A stretch of 64,000 bases of DNA, taken from assembly GCA_053919585.1 (NCBI GenBank), contig CM132809.1; one strand, given 5' to 3'. The position numbers and the translations under genes were made by a program. The notes beneath the pieces were generated by a model that was not told where the DNA came from, did not search any database, and saw only the letters and a list, made by a program, of their open reading frames with translations. Of the stretch, positions 1-15,000 are shown in pieces (the first letter of the stretch is position 1; the number at the start of each line of letters is the position of its first letter). The stretch is from Euprymna scolopes (taxonomy: Eukaryota).

Positions 1-3000
1 GCATATTGATTAAGGTATGGAAGGCATGTGGATTAAGGTATGGAAGTCATGTAGATTAAGGTATCGAATTCATGTCGATTTCGGTATAAAAGTCATGTGT
101 ATTAGGGCATGGAAGTCATGTGGATTAAGGTATGGAAGTCATATGGATAAGGGTATGGAAGTCATGTAGATAAAGGTATGGAAGTCATGTGGATTAAGGT
201 ATTTAAGTCATGTCGATTTAGGTATGGAAGTCATGTCGATTACGGCATGGAAGTCATGTGGATAAGGGTATTGAAGTCATGTAGATTAAGGTATGGAAAT
301 CATGTGGATTAGGGCATGGAAGTAATGTGGATCAAGGTATTGAAGTCATGTTCATTAGGGCATGGAAGTCATGTGGATTAATGTATTGAAGCCATGTCGA
401 TTTATGGATGGAGTTCATGTGGATAAGGGCATGGAAGTCATGTGGATTAAGTTATGGAAGTCATATGTAGTAAGGTATGGAAGTCATGTGGATTACGGTA
501 TGGAAGTCATGTGGATTTAGGTATGGAAGTCATGTCGATTTAGGTATGGAAGTCATTTTGATTAGGGCATGGAAGTCATGTGGATTAAGTTATGGAAGTC
601 ATATGTAGTAAGGTATGGAAATCATGTGGATTACGGTATGGACGTAATGTGGATTTAGGTATGGAAGTCATGTCGATTTAGGTATGGAAGTCATGTGGAT
701 TAAGGCATGGAAGTCATGTGGATTAAGGTATTGAAGTCATGTGGATAAAAGTATGAAGTCATGTGGATCAGGTTATGGAATAATGTAGATTAAGTTATTG
801 AAGTCATGTGGATTAAGGTAATGAAGTCATGTGGATTAGGGCATGGAATTCATGTGGATTAGGGCATTGAAGTCATGTAGATTAAGGTGTTGAAGTCATG
901 TGGATAAAGGTATGGAAGTCATGTCGATTAGGGCATGGGAGTCATGTGGATTAAGGTATGGAAGTAATGTGGATTAAGGTATGGGAATCATGTGGATTAA
1001 GGTATTGAAGTAATGTGGATTAAGGTATGGAAGTCATATGTATCAAGGTATGGAAGTAATGTGGATATAGGTATGGAAGTCATGTGGATTAGGGCATGAA
1101 ATGATGTCGATTAAGGTACGAAAGTCATGTGGATTAGGGCATAGAAGTCATGTGGATTAAGGTATGGAAGTCATGTCGATTTAGGTAAGGAAGTCATGTG
1201 GATTACGGTATGGAAGTCATGTAGATTAAGGTATTGAAGTTATGTTGATTAGGGCATTGAAGTCATGTGGATTAATGTATTGAAGCCATGTCGATTTAGG
1301 TATGGAAGTCATGTGGATTAGGGCATGGAAGTCATGTGGATATAGGTATGGAAGTCATGTGGATTTAGGTATGGAAGTCATGTGAATTAAGGTATGGAAG
1401 TCATATGGATTAAGGTATGGAAGTCATGTAGATATAGGTATGGAAGTCATGTGGATTAGGGCATGGTATCATGTCGATTTTGGTATGAAAGTCATGTGGA
1501 TCAGGCCATGGAAGTCATGTTGATTAATGTATGGAAGTCATGTTGATTAAGGTATGGAAGTCATGTGGATTAAGGTATGGAAGTCATGTAGATTAAGGTA
1601 TGGAAGTCATGTCGATTTAGGTATTGAAGTCATGTGGATTACGGCATGGAAGTCATGTGAATTAAGGTATTGAAGTCATGTAGATTTAGGTTTGGATGTC
1701 ATGTGGATTAGGGCATGGAAGTAATGTGGATCAAGGAATTGAAGTCATGTTGATTCGGGCATTGAAGTCATGTGGATGAATGTATTGAAGCCCTGTAAAT
1801 TTAGGTATGGAAGGCATGTGGATTAGGGCATGGAAGTCATGTGGATTAGGGCATGGAAGTCATGTGGATTAAGGCATGGAAGTCATGTGGATAAGGTATT
1901 GAAGTAATGTGGATTAAGGTATTGAAGGAATGTCGATTAAGGTATGGAAGTAATGTGGATTAGGGCATGGAAGTCATGTGGATTCAGGTATTGAATTCAT
2001 GTGGATTAAGGTATGGAAGTAATGTGGATTAAGGTATTGAAGTCATGTGGATTAAGGTATGGAAGTCATATGGATTAAGGTAGGGAAGTCATGTGGATTA
2101 AGGTATTGAAGTCATGTGGATTAAGGTATGGAAGGCATGTGGATAAAGGTATTGAAGTCATGTTGATTAAGGTATGGAAGTCATGTGGATTAGGGCATGG
2201 AAGTCATGTGGATTAAGGTATGGATGTTATTTTGATTACAGTATGGAAGTCATGTGGATTAAGGTATGGAAGTCATATGTATTACGGTATGGCAGTCATG
2301 TTTATTACGGTATGGAAGTCATGTGGATTAAGGTATTGAAGTCATGTCGATTTAGGTATCGAAGTAATGGCGATTAGGGCATGGAAGCTATGTGGATTAA
2401 GGTATGGAAATCATGTGGATTAAGGTATGGAAGTCATGTGGATTAAGGTATTGAAGTCATGTGGATTAAGGTATGGAAGTATTTTGGATAAAGGTATTGA
2501 AGTCATGTGGATTAAGGTATGGAAGTCATGGTGACTAAGGTACGGATGTCATGTAGATCAAGGAATTGAAGTCATGTGGATTAAGGTACGGAAGTCATGT
2601 GAATTAGGGAATGGAACTCATGTGGATTAGGGCATTGAAGTCATGTAGATCAAGGTATTGAAGTCATGTGGATTAAGGTATGTAAGTCATGTCAAATAGG
2701 GCATGGAAGTGATGTGGATTAAGATTAGGAAGTCATGTTGATTAAGGTATGGAAGTCATGTGGATAAGGGTATTGAAGTCATGTGGATTAAGGTATGGAA
2801 GTCATATGGATTAAAGTATGGCAGTCATGTGGATATAGGTATGGAAGTCATGTAAATTAGGGCATGGAATCATGTCGATTTAGGTACGAAAGTCATGTGG
2901 ATTAGGGCATGGAGGTCATGTGGATTAAGGTATGGAAGTCATATGTATTAAGGTATCGAAGTCATGTGGATTACGGTATGGAAGTCATGTGGATAAAGGT

Positions 3001-6000
3001 ATTGAAGTCATGTCGATTTAGGTGTTAAATCATGTGGATTAAGGCATGGAAGTCATGTGGATTCAGGTATTGAAGTCATGTGGATTAAGGTATGGAAGTC
3101 ATGGGGATTAGGGCATGGAAATCATGTGGATTGAGGTATGGAAGTCATGTGGATTACGGTATGGAAGTCATGTTGATTAAGGTATTGAAGTCATGTCGAT
3201 TTAGGTATGGAAGTAATGTCGATTAGGGCATGGAAGTCATGTGGATAAAGGTATGGAAGTCATGTGGATTAAGGTATGGAAGTCATGTTGATAAGGTATT
3301 GAAGTCATGTGAATTAAGGTATGGAAGTCATGTGGATTAAGGTATTGAAGTCATGTGGAGTAAGGTATGGAAGTCATGTGGATTAAGGTATGGAAGTCAT
3401 GTAGATTAAGGTATGTAAGTCATGTGGATTAAGGTATGGAAGTCATGTGGATTAACGCATGGAAGTCAAGTGGATTAAGGTATTGAAGTTATGTCGATTT
3501 AGGTATGGAAGTCATGTGGATTAGGGCATGGAAGTAATGTGGATCAGGGTATTGAAGTCATGTGGATTAAGGTACTTAAGTCATGTGGATTAGGGCATGG
3601 AAGTCATGTGGATTAAGGTATTGAAGTCATGTGGATTAAGGTATGGAATCATGTGGATTAAGGTATTGAAGTCATGTGGATTAAGATATGGATGTCATAT
3701 GGATTAAGGTATGGAAGTCATGTCTATTACGGTATGAAAGTAATGTGGATTAGGGCATGGAAGTAATGTGGATTAAGGTATGGAAGGCATATGGATAAAG
3801 GTATGGAAGTCATGTGGATTAAGGTATTGAAGTCATGTGGATAAAGGACGCGAATTCATGTCGATTTTGGTATGGAAGTCATGTGGATTAGGGCATAACA
3901 GTCATATGGATTAAGGTATGGAAGTCATATGGATTAAGGTATGGAAGTCATGTGGATTAAGATATGGAAGTCATGTCGATTTAGGTATGGAAGTCATGTG
4001 GATCACGGCATGGAAGTCATGTGGATTAAGGTATGGAAGTCATGTCGATTTAGGTATGGAAGTCATGTGGATAAGGTATTGAAGTCATGTGGATTAAGGT
4101 ATGGAAGTCATATTGATTAAGGTATGGAAGTCATGTGGATAAAGGTATGGAAGTCATGTGGATTAAGGTATGGAAGTCATGTGGATTAAGGTATGAAAGT
4201 CATGTGGATAAGGTATTGAAGTCATGTCGATTAAGGTATGGCAGTCATGTGGATTAGGGCATGGAAGTAATGTGGATCAAGTTATCGAAGTCATGTTGAT
4301 TAGGGCATGAAAGTCATGTGGATTAAGGTATTGAAGTCATATGGAATAAGGTATGGAAGTCATGTTGATTAAGGAATTGAAGTCATGTGAATAAATGTAT
4401 GGAAGTAATATGGATTAAGGTATGGAAGTCATGTGGATTTAGGTATGGAAGTCATGTGGATTAAGGTATTGAAGTCATTTCGATTTAGGTATAGAAGTCA
4501 TGTTAGTAAGGGGATGGAAGTCATGTGGATATATGTATGGAAGTCATATGTATTAACGTAGTGAAGTCATGTTGATGACGGTATGGAAATCATGTGGATT
4601 AAGGTATTGAAGTCATGTCGATTTAGGTATGGATGTCATGTTGATTAAGGCATGGAACTCATGTGGATTAAGGTATTGAAGTCATGTGGATTAAGGTATG
4701 GAAGTCATGTCGATTAGGCATGGAACTCATGTGGATTAAGGTATGGAAGTCATGTTGATTACGGTATGGAAGTCATGTGGATTAAGGTATTGAAGTCATG
4801 TCGATGTAGGTATGGACGTAATGTCGATTACGGCATGGAAGTCATGTGGATTAAGGTATGGAAGTCATGTGGATTAAGGTATGCAAGTCATGTGGATTAA
4901 GGTATTGAAGTCATGTGGATTAAGGTATGGAAGTCATGTGGACTAAGGTATTGAAGTCATGTGGATTAAGGTATGGAAGTCATGTAGATTAAGGTATTGA
5001 AGTCATGTGGATTAAGGTATGGAAGTCATGATGATAAGGGCGTGGAAGTCATGTGTATTAGGGCATGGAAGTCATGTAGATTAAGGTATGTAAGTCATGT
5101 GGATAAAGGTATGGAAGTAATGTGGATTAGGGCATGGAAGTCATTTTGATTAAGGTATGGAAGTAATGTTGATTAAGGTATGGAAGTCATGTGGATTAAG
5201 GTATTGAAGTAATGTGGATTAAGGTATGGAAGTCATATGGATTGAGGTATGGAAGTCATGTGGATATAGGTATGGCAGTAATGTGGATTAAGGTATTGAA
5301 GTCATGTCGATTTAGGTATCGAAATCATGTGGATTACGGCATGGAAGTCATGTGGATTAAGGTATGGAAGTCATGTGGATTAGGGCATGGAAGTCATGTG
5401 GATTAAGGTATGGAAGTCATGTGGATTAAGATATGGAAGTCATGTGGATTAAGGTATGGAAGTAATGTGGATTAAGGTATGGACGTCATGTGGATAAAGA
5501 TATGGAAGTCATGTGGATTAATGTATGGAAGTCATGTGGATTAAGGTTGGGAAGTCATGTGGATTAAGGTATTGAAGTCATGTGGATTTAGGTATGGAAG
5601 TCATTTGGATTAGGGACTGGAAGTCATGTGGATTAAGGTATTGAAGTAATGTAGATTAAGGTATTGAAGTCATGTGGATTAGGGCATTGAAGTCATGTGG
5701 ATCAGGGTATTGAAGTCATGTGGATTAAGGTATTTAAGGCATGTGGATAAAGGTATTGCAGTCATGTGGATTAAGGTATAGAAGTCATGTAGATTAAGGT
5801 ATCGAAGTCATGTGGATATAGGTATGGAAGTCATGTGGATTAGGGCATGGAATCATGTCGATTTAGGTATGAAAGTCATGTGGATTAGGGCATGGAAGTC
5901 ATGTGGATTAAGGTATTGAAGGCATATTGATTAAGGTATGGAAGGCATGTGGATTAAGGTATGGAAGTCATGTAGATTAAGGTATCGAATTCATGTCGAT

Positions 6001-9000
6001 TTCGGTATAAAAGTCATGTGTATTAGGGCATGGAAGTCATGTGGATTAAGGTATGGAAGTCATATGGATAAGGGTATGGAAGTCATGTAGATAAAGGTAT
6101 GGAAGTCATGTGGATTAAGGTATTTAAGTCATGTCGATTTAGGTATGGAAGTCATGTCGATTACGGCATGGAAGTCATGTGGATAAGGGTATTGAAGTCA
6201 TGTAGATTAAGGTATGGAAATCATGTGCATTAGGGCATGGAAGTAATGTGGATCAAGGTATTGAAGTCATGTTCATTAGGGCATGGAAGTCATGTGGATT
6301 AATGTATTGAAGCCATGTCGATTTATGGATGGAGTTCATGTGGATAAGGGCATGGAAGTCATGTGGATTAAGTTATGGAAGTCATATGTAGTAAGGTATG
6401 GAAGTCATGTGGATTACGGTATGGAAGTCATGTGGATTTATGTATGGAAGTCATGTCGATTTAGGTATGGAAGTCATTTTGATTAGGGCATGGAAGTCAT
6501 GTGGATTAAGTTATGGAAGTCATATGTAGTAAGGTATGGAAATCATGTGGATTACGGTATGGACGTAATGTGGATTTAGGTATGGAAGTCATGTCGATTT
6601 AGGTATGGAAGTCATGTGGATTAAGGCATGGAAGTCATGTGGATTAAGGTATTGAAGTCATGTGGATAAAAGTATGGAAGTCATGTGGATTAAGTTATGG
6701 AATAATGTAGATTAAGTTATTGAAGTCATGTGGATTAAGGTAATGAAGTCATGTGGATTAGGGCACGGAATTCATGTGGATTAGGGCATTGAAGTCATGT
6801 AGATTAAGGTGTTGAAGTCATGTGGATAAAGGTATGGAAGTCATGTCGATTAGGGCATGGGAGTCATGTGGATTAAGGTATGGAAGTAATGTGGATTAAG
6901 GTATGGAAATCATGTGGATTAAGGTATTGAAGTAATGTGGATTAAGGTATGGAAGTCATATGTATCAAGGTATGGAAGTAATGTGGATATAGGTATGGAA
7001 GTCATGTGGATTAGGGCATGAAATGATGTCGATTAAGGTACGAAAGTCATGTGGATTAGGGCATAGAAGTCATGTGGATTAAGGTATGGAAGTCAGATGT
7101 ATTAAGGTATGGAAGTCATGTCGATTTAGGTAAGGAAGTCATGTGGATTACGGTATGGAAGTCATGTAGATTAAGGTATTGAAGTTATGTTGATTAGGGC
7201 ATTGAAGTCATGTGGATTAATGTATTGAAGCCATGTCGATTTAGGTATGGAAGTCATGTGGATTAGGGCATGGAAGTCATGTGGATATAGGTATGGAAGT
7301 CATGTGGATTTAGGTATGGAAGTCATGTGGATTAAGGTATGGAAGTCATATGGATTAAGGTATGGAAGTCATGTAGATATAGGTATGGAAGTCATGTGGA
7401 TTAGGGCATGGTATCATGTCGATTTAGGTATGAAAGTCATGTGGATCAGGCCATGGAAGTCATGTTGATTAATGTATGGAAGTCATGTTGATTAAGGTAT
7501 GGAAGTCATGTGGATTAAGGTATGGAAGTCATGTAGATTAAGGTATGGAAGTCATGTCGATTTAGGTATTGAAGTCATGTGGATTACGGCATGGAAGTCA
7601 TGTGAATTAAGGTATTGAAGTCATGTAGATTTAGGTTTGGATGTCATGTGGATTAGGGCATGGAAGTAATGTGGATCAAGGAATTGAAGTCATGTTGATT
7701 CGGGCATTGAAGTCATGTGGATGAATGTATTGAAGCCCTGTAAATTTTGGTATGGAAGGCATGTGGATTAGGGCATGGAAGTCATGTGGATTAGGGCATG
7801 GAAGTCATGTGGATTAAGGCATGGAAGTCATGTGGATAAGGTATTGAAGTAATGTGGATTAAGGTATTGAAGGAATGTCGATTAAGGTATGGAAGTAATG
7901 TGGATTAGGGCATGGAAGTCATGTGGATTCAGGTATTGAATTCATGTGGATTAAGGTATGGAAGTAATGTGGATTAAGGTATTGAAGTCATGTGGATTAA
8001 GGTATGGAAGTCATATGGATTAAGGTAGGGAAGTCATGTGGATTAAGGTATTGAAGTCATGTGGATTAAGGTATGGAAGGCATGTGGATAAAGGTATTGA
8101 AGTCATGTTGATTAAGGTATGGAAGTCATGTGGATTAGGGCATGGAAGTCATGTGGATTAAGGTATGGATGTTATTTTGATTACAGTATGGAAGTCATGT
8201 GGATTAAGGTATGGAAGTCATATGTATTACGGTATGGCAGTCATGTTTATTACGGTATGGAAGTCATGTGGATTAAGGTATTGAAGTCATGTCGATTTAG
8301 GTATGGAAGTAATGGCGATTAGGGCATGGAAGCTATGTGGATTAAGGTATGGAAATCATGTGGATTAAGGTATGGAAGTCATGTGGATTAAGGTATTGAA
8401 GTCATGTGGATTAAGGTATGGAAGTATTTTGGATAAAGGTATTGAAGTCATGTGGATTAAGGTATGGAAGTCATGGTGACTAAGGTACGGATGTCATGTA
8501 GATCAAGGAATTGAAGTCATGTGGATTAAGGTACGGAAGTCATGTGAATTAGGGAATGGAACTCATGTGGATTAGGGCATTGAAGTCATGTAGATCAAGG
8601 TATTGAAGTCATGTGGATTAAGGTATATAAGTCATGTGAAATAGGGCATGGAAGTGATGTGGATTAAGATTAGGAAGTCATGTTGATTAAGGTATGGAAG
8701 TCATGTGGATAAGGGTATTGAAGTCATGTGGATTAAGGTATGGAAGTCATATGGATTAAAGTATGGCAGTCATGTGGATATAGGTATGGAAGTCATGTAA
8801 ATTAGGGCATGGAATCATGTCGATTTAGGTACGAAAGTCATGTGGATTAGGGCATGGAGGTCATGTGGATTAAGGTATGGAAGTCATATGTATTAAGGTA
8901 TGGAAGTCATGTGGATTACGGTATGGAAGTCATGTGGATTAAGGTATTGAAGTCATGTCGATTTAGGTGTTAAATCATGTGGATTAAGGCATGGAAGTCA

Positions 9001-12000
9001 TGTGGATTCAGGTATTGAAGTCATGTGGATTAAGGTATGGAAGTCATGGGGATTAGGGCATGGAAATCATGTGGATTGAGGTATGGAAGTCATGTGGATT
9101 ACGGTATGGAAGTCATGTTGATTAAGGTATTGAAGTCATGTCGATTTAGGTATGGAAGTAATGTCGATTAGGGCATGGAAGTCATGTGGATAAAGGTATG
9201 GAAGTCATGTGGATTAAGGTATGGAAGTCATGTTGATAAGGTATTGAAGTCATGTGAATTAAGGTATGGAAGTCATGTGGATTAAGGTATTGAAGTCATG
9301 TGGAGTAAGGTATGGAAGTCATGTGGATTAAGGTATGGAAGTCATGTGGATTAAGGTTGGGAAGTCATGTGGATTAAGGTATGGAAGTCATGTGGATTAA
9401 CGCATGGAAGTCAAGTGGATTAAGGTATTGAAGTTATGTCGATTTAGGTATGGAAGTCATGTGGATTAGGGCATGGAAGTAATGTGGATCAGGGTATTGA
9501 AGTCATGTGGATTAAGGTACTTAAGTCATGTGGATTAGGGCATGGAAGTCATGTGGATTAAGGTATTGAAGTCATGTGGATTAAGGTATGGAATCATGTG
9601 GATTAAGGTATTGAAGTCATGTGGATTAAGATATGGATGTCATATGGATTAAGGTATGGAAGTCATGTCTATTACGGTATGAAAGTAATGTGGATTAGGG
9701 CATGGAAGTAATGTGGATTAAGGTATGGAAGGCATATGGATAAAGGTATGGAAGTCATGTGGATTAAGGTATTGAAGTCATGTGGATAAAGGACGCGAAT
9801 TCATGTCGATTTTGGTATGGAAGTCATGTGGATTAGGGCATAACAGTCATATGGATTAAGGTATGGAAGTCATATGGATTAAGGCATGGAAGTCATGTGG
9901 ATTAAGATATGGAAGTCATGTCGATTTAGGTATGGAAGTCATGTGGATCACGGCATGGAAGTCATGTGGATTAAGGTACGGAAGTCATGTCGATTTAGGT
10001 ATGGAAGTCATGTGGATAAGGTATTGAAGTCATGTGGATTAAGGTATGGAAGTCATATTGATTAAGGTATGGAAGTCATGTGGATAAAGGTATGGAAGTC
10101 ATGTGGATTAAGGTATGGAAGTCATGTGGATTAAGGTATGAAAGTCATGTGGATAAGGTATTGAAGTCATGTCGATTAAGGTATGGCAGTCATGTGGATT
10201 AGGGCATGGAAGTAATGTGGATCAAGTTATCGAAGTCATGTTGATTAGGGCATGAAAGTCATGTGGATTAAGGTATTGAAGTCATGTGGATTAAGGTATG
10301 GAAGTCATGTTGATTAAGGAATTGAAGTCATGTGGATAAATGTATGGAAGTAATATGGATTAAGGTATGGAAGTCATGTGGATTTAGGTATGGAAGTCAT
10401 GTGGATTAAGGTATTGAAGTCATTTCGATTTAGGTATAGAAGTCATGTTAGTAAGGGGATGGAAGTCATGTGGATATATGTATGGAAGTCATATGTATTA
10501 ACGTAGTGAAGTCATGTTGATGACGGTATGGAAATCATGTGGATTAAGGTATTGAAGTCATGTCGATTTAGGTATGGATGTCATGTTGATTAAGGCATGG
10601 AACTCATGTGGATTAAGGTATTGAAGTCATGTGGATTAAGGTATGGAAGTCATGTCGATTAGGCATGGAACTCATGTGGATTAAGGTATGGAAGTCATGT
10701 TGATTACGGTATGGAAGTCATGTGGATTAAGGTATTGAAGTCATGTCGATGTAGGTATGGACGTAATGTCGATTACGGCATGGAAGTCATGTGGATTAAG
10801 GTATGGAAGTCATGTGGATTAAGGTATGCAAGTCATGTGGATTAAGGTATTGAAGTCATGTGGATTAAGGTATGGAAGTCATGTGGACTAAGGTATTGAA
10901 GTCATGTGGATTAAGGTATGGAAGTCATGTAGATTAAGGTATTGAAGTCATGTGGATTAAGGTATGGAAGTCATGATGATAAGGGCGTGGAAGTCATGTG
11001 TATTAGGGCATGGAAGTCATGTAGATTAAGGTATGTAAGTCATGTGGATAAAGGTATGGAAGTCATGTGGATTAGGGCATGGAAGTCATGTTGATTAAGG
11101 TATGGAAGTCATGTTGATTAAGGTATGGAAGTCATGTGGATTAAGGTATTGAAGTAATGTGGATTAAGGTATGGAAGTCATATGGATTGAGGTATGGAAG
11201 TCATGTGGATATAGGTATGGCAGTAATGTGGATTAAGGTATTGAAGTCATGTCGATTTAGGTATCGAAATCATGTGGATTACGGCATGGAAGTCATGTGG
11301 ATTAAGGTATGGAAGTCATGTGGATTAGGGCATGGAAGTCATGTGGATTAAGATATGGAAGTCATGTGGATAAAGGTATGGAAGTAATGTGGATTAAGGT
11401 ATGGACGTCATGTGGATAAAGATATGGAAGTCATGTGGATTAATGTATGGAAGTCATGTGGATTAAGGTTGGGAAGTCATGTGGATTAAGGTATTTAAGT
11501 CATGTCGATTAAGGTATTGAAGTCATGTGGATTAGGGCATGGAAGTCATGTGGATAAAGGTATGGAAGTCATGTGGATTAAGGTATGGATGTCATGTGGA
11601 TTACGGTATGGCCGTCATGTGGATTAAGGTATGGAAGTCATATGGATTAAGGTATGGAAGTCATGTGGATATAGGTATGGAAGTCATGTGAATTAGGGCA
11701 TGGAATAATGTCGATTTAGGTACGAAAGTCATGTGGATTAGGGCATGGAGGTCATGTGGATTAAGGTATGGAAGTCATATGTATTAAGGTATCGAAGTCA
11801 TGTGGATTACGGTATGGAAGTCATGTGGATTAAGGTATTGAAGTCATGTCGATTTAGGTATTAAAGTCATGTGGATTAAGGCATGGAAGTCATGTGGATT
11901 AAGGTATTGAATCATGTGGATTTAGGTATGGAAGTCATGGGGATTAGGGCATGGAAATAATGTGAATTGAGGTATGGAAGTCATGGTGATTACGGTATGG

Positions 12001-15000
12001 AAGTCATGTGGATTAAGGTATTGAAGTCATGTCGATTTAGGTATGGAAGTAATGTCGATTAGGGCATGGAAGTCATGTGGATTAAGGTATGGAAGTCATG
12101 TGGATAAGGGTATTGAAGTCATCTGAATTAAGGTATGGAAGTCATGTGGATTAAGGTATTGAAGTCATGTGGATAAAGGTATGGAAGTCATGTGGATTAA
12201 GGTATGGAAGTCATGTAGATTAAGGTATTGAAGGCATGTGGATTAAGGTATGGAAGTCATGTGGATTAAGGCATGGAAGTCAAGTGGATTAAGGTATTGA
12301 AGTTATGTCGATTTAGGTATGGAAGTCATGTGGATTAGGGCATGGAATCATGTGGATTAAGGTATTGAAGTCATGTGGATTAAGGTATTGAAGTCATGTG
12401 GATTAAGGTATGCAAGTCTTGTGGATGAAGGTATTGAAGTCATGTGGATTAAGGTATGGAAGTCATGTGGACTAAGGTATTGAAGTCATGTGGATTAAGG
12501 TATGGAAGTCATATAGATTAAGGTATTGAATCATGATGATTAGGGCGTGTAAGTCATGTGTATTAAGGCATGGAAGTCATGTAGATTAAGGTATGTAAGT
12601 CATGTGGATTAAGGTATGGAAGTCATGTGGATTAGGGCATGGAAGTCATGTTGATTAAGGTATGGAAGTCATGTGGATTAAGGTATGGAAGTCATGTGGA
12701 TTAAGGTATTGAAGTAATGTGGATTAAGGTATGGAAGTCATGTGGATTAAGGTATGGAAGTCATGTGGATATAGGTATGGAAGTCATGTGGATTAAGGTA
12801 TTGAAGTCATGTCGATTTAGGTATGGAAATCATGTGGATTACGGCATGGAAGTCATGTGGATTAAGGTATGGAAGTCATGTGGATTAGGGCATGGAAGTC
12901 ATGTGGATTAAGGTATGGAAGTCATGTGGATTAGGGCATGGAAGTCATATGGATTAAGGTATGGAAGTCATGTGGATTAAGGTATGGAAGTCATGTGGAT
13001 TAAGATATGGAAGTCATGTGGATTAATGTATTGAAGTCATGTGGATTAAGGTTGGGAAGTCATGTGGATAAAGGTATTGAAGTCATGTCGATTTAGGTAT
13101 TGAAGTCATGTGGATTAGGGCATGGAAGTCATGTTGATTAAGGTATGGAAGTCATGTTGATTAAGGTATGGATGTCATGTCGATTACGGTATGGCCGTCA
13201 TGTGGATTAAGGTATGGAAGTCATATGGATTAAGGTATGGAAGTCATGTGGATATAGGTATGGAAGTCATGTTAATTAGGGCATGGAATCATGTCGATTT
13301 AGGAACGAAAGTCATGTGGATTAGGGCATGGAGGTAATGTGGATTAAGGTATGGAAGTCATATGTATTAAGGTATCGAATTCATGTGGATTACGGTATGG
13401 AAGTCATGTGGATTAAGGTATTGAATTCATGTCGATTTAGGTATTAAAGTCATGTGGATTAAGGCATGGAAGTCATGTGGATTAAGGTATTGAAGTCATG
13501 TGGATTTAGGTATGGAAGTCATGGGGATTAAGGTATTGAAGTCATGTCGATTTAGGTATTAAAGTCATGTGGATTAAGGCATGGAAATCATGTGAATTGA
13601 GGTATGGAAGTCATGTGGATTACGGTATGGAAGTCATGTGGGTTAAGGTATTGAAGTCATGTCGATTTAGGTATGGAAGTCATGTCGATTAGGGCATGGA
13701 AGTCATGTGGATTAAGGTATGGAAGTCATGTGGATTAAGGTATTGAAGTCATCTGAATTAAGGTATGGAAGTCATGTAGATTAAGGTATTGAAGTCATGT
13801 GGATTAAGGCAAGGAAGTCATGTGGATTAAGGTATTGAAGTCATGTGGATTAAGGTATGGAATCATGTGGATTAAGGTATTGAAGACATGTAGATTAAGG
13901 TATGGATGTCATATTGATTAAGGTATGGAAGTCATGTGGATATAGGTATGGAAGTCATGTGGATTAGGGCATGGAATCATGTCGATTAAGGTATGAAAGT
14001 AATGTGGATTAGGGCATGAAAGTAATGTGGATTAAGGTATGGAAGGCATATGGATTAAGGTATGGAAGTCATGTGGATTAAGGTATGGAAGTCATGTGGA
14101 TAAAGGTATCGAAATCATGTCGATTTTGGAATGGAAGTCATGTGGATTAGGGCATAAAAGTCATATGGATTAAGGTATGTTAGTCATATGCATTAAGGTA
14201 TGGAAGTCATGTGGATTAAGATATGAAAGTCATGTCGATTTAGGTATGGAAGTCATGTGGATTACGGCATGGAAGTCATGTGGATTAAGGTATTGAAGTC
14301 ATGTAGATTAATGTATGGAAATCATGTGGATTAGGGCATGGACGTAATGTGGATAAAGGTATTGAAGTCATGTTGATTAGGGCATGGAAGTCATGTGGAT
14401 TAATGTATTTAAGCCATGTCGATTTAGGTATGGCAGTCGTGTGGATTAGGGCATGGGAGTCATGTGGATTAAGGTATGGAAGTCATGTCGATTTAGGTAT
14501 GAAAGTCATGTATATAAGATATTGAAGTCATGTGGATTAAGGTATAGAAGTCATATGGATTAAGGTATGGAAGTCATGGGGATAAAGGTATGGAAGTCAT
14601 GTTGAGTAATGTATGGAAGTCATGTGGATTAAGGTATGGAAGTCATGTGGATAAGGTATTGAAGTCATGTCGATAAGGGTAGGGAAGTCATGTGGATTAG
14701 GGCATAGAAGTAATGTGGATCAAGTTATTGATATCATGTGGATTAGGGCATGAAAGTCATGTTGATTAAGGTATTGAAGTCATTTCGATTTAGGTATAGA
14801 AGTCATGTTGATTAGGGGATGGAAGTCATGTGGATATATGTATTGAAGTCATATGTATTAACGTAGTGAAGTCATGTTGATGACGGTATGGAAATCATGT
14901 GGATTCAGGTATTGAAGTCATGTCGATTTAGGTATGGATGTCATGTTGATTAAGGCATGGAACTCATGTGGATTAAGGTATGCAAGTCATGTGGATTAAG

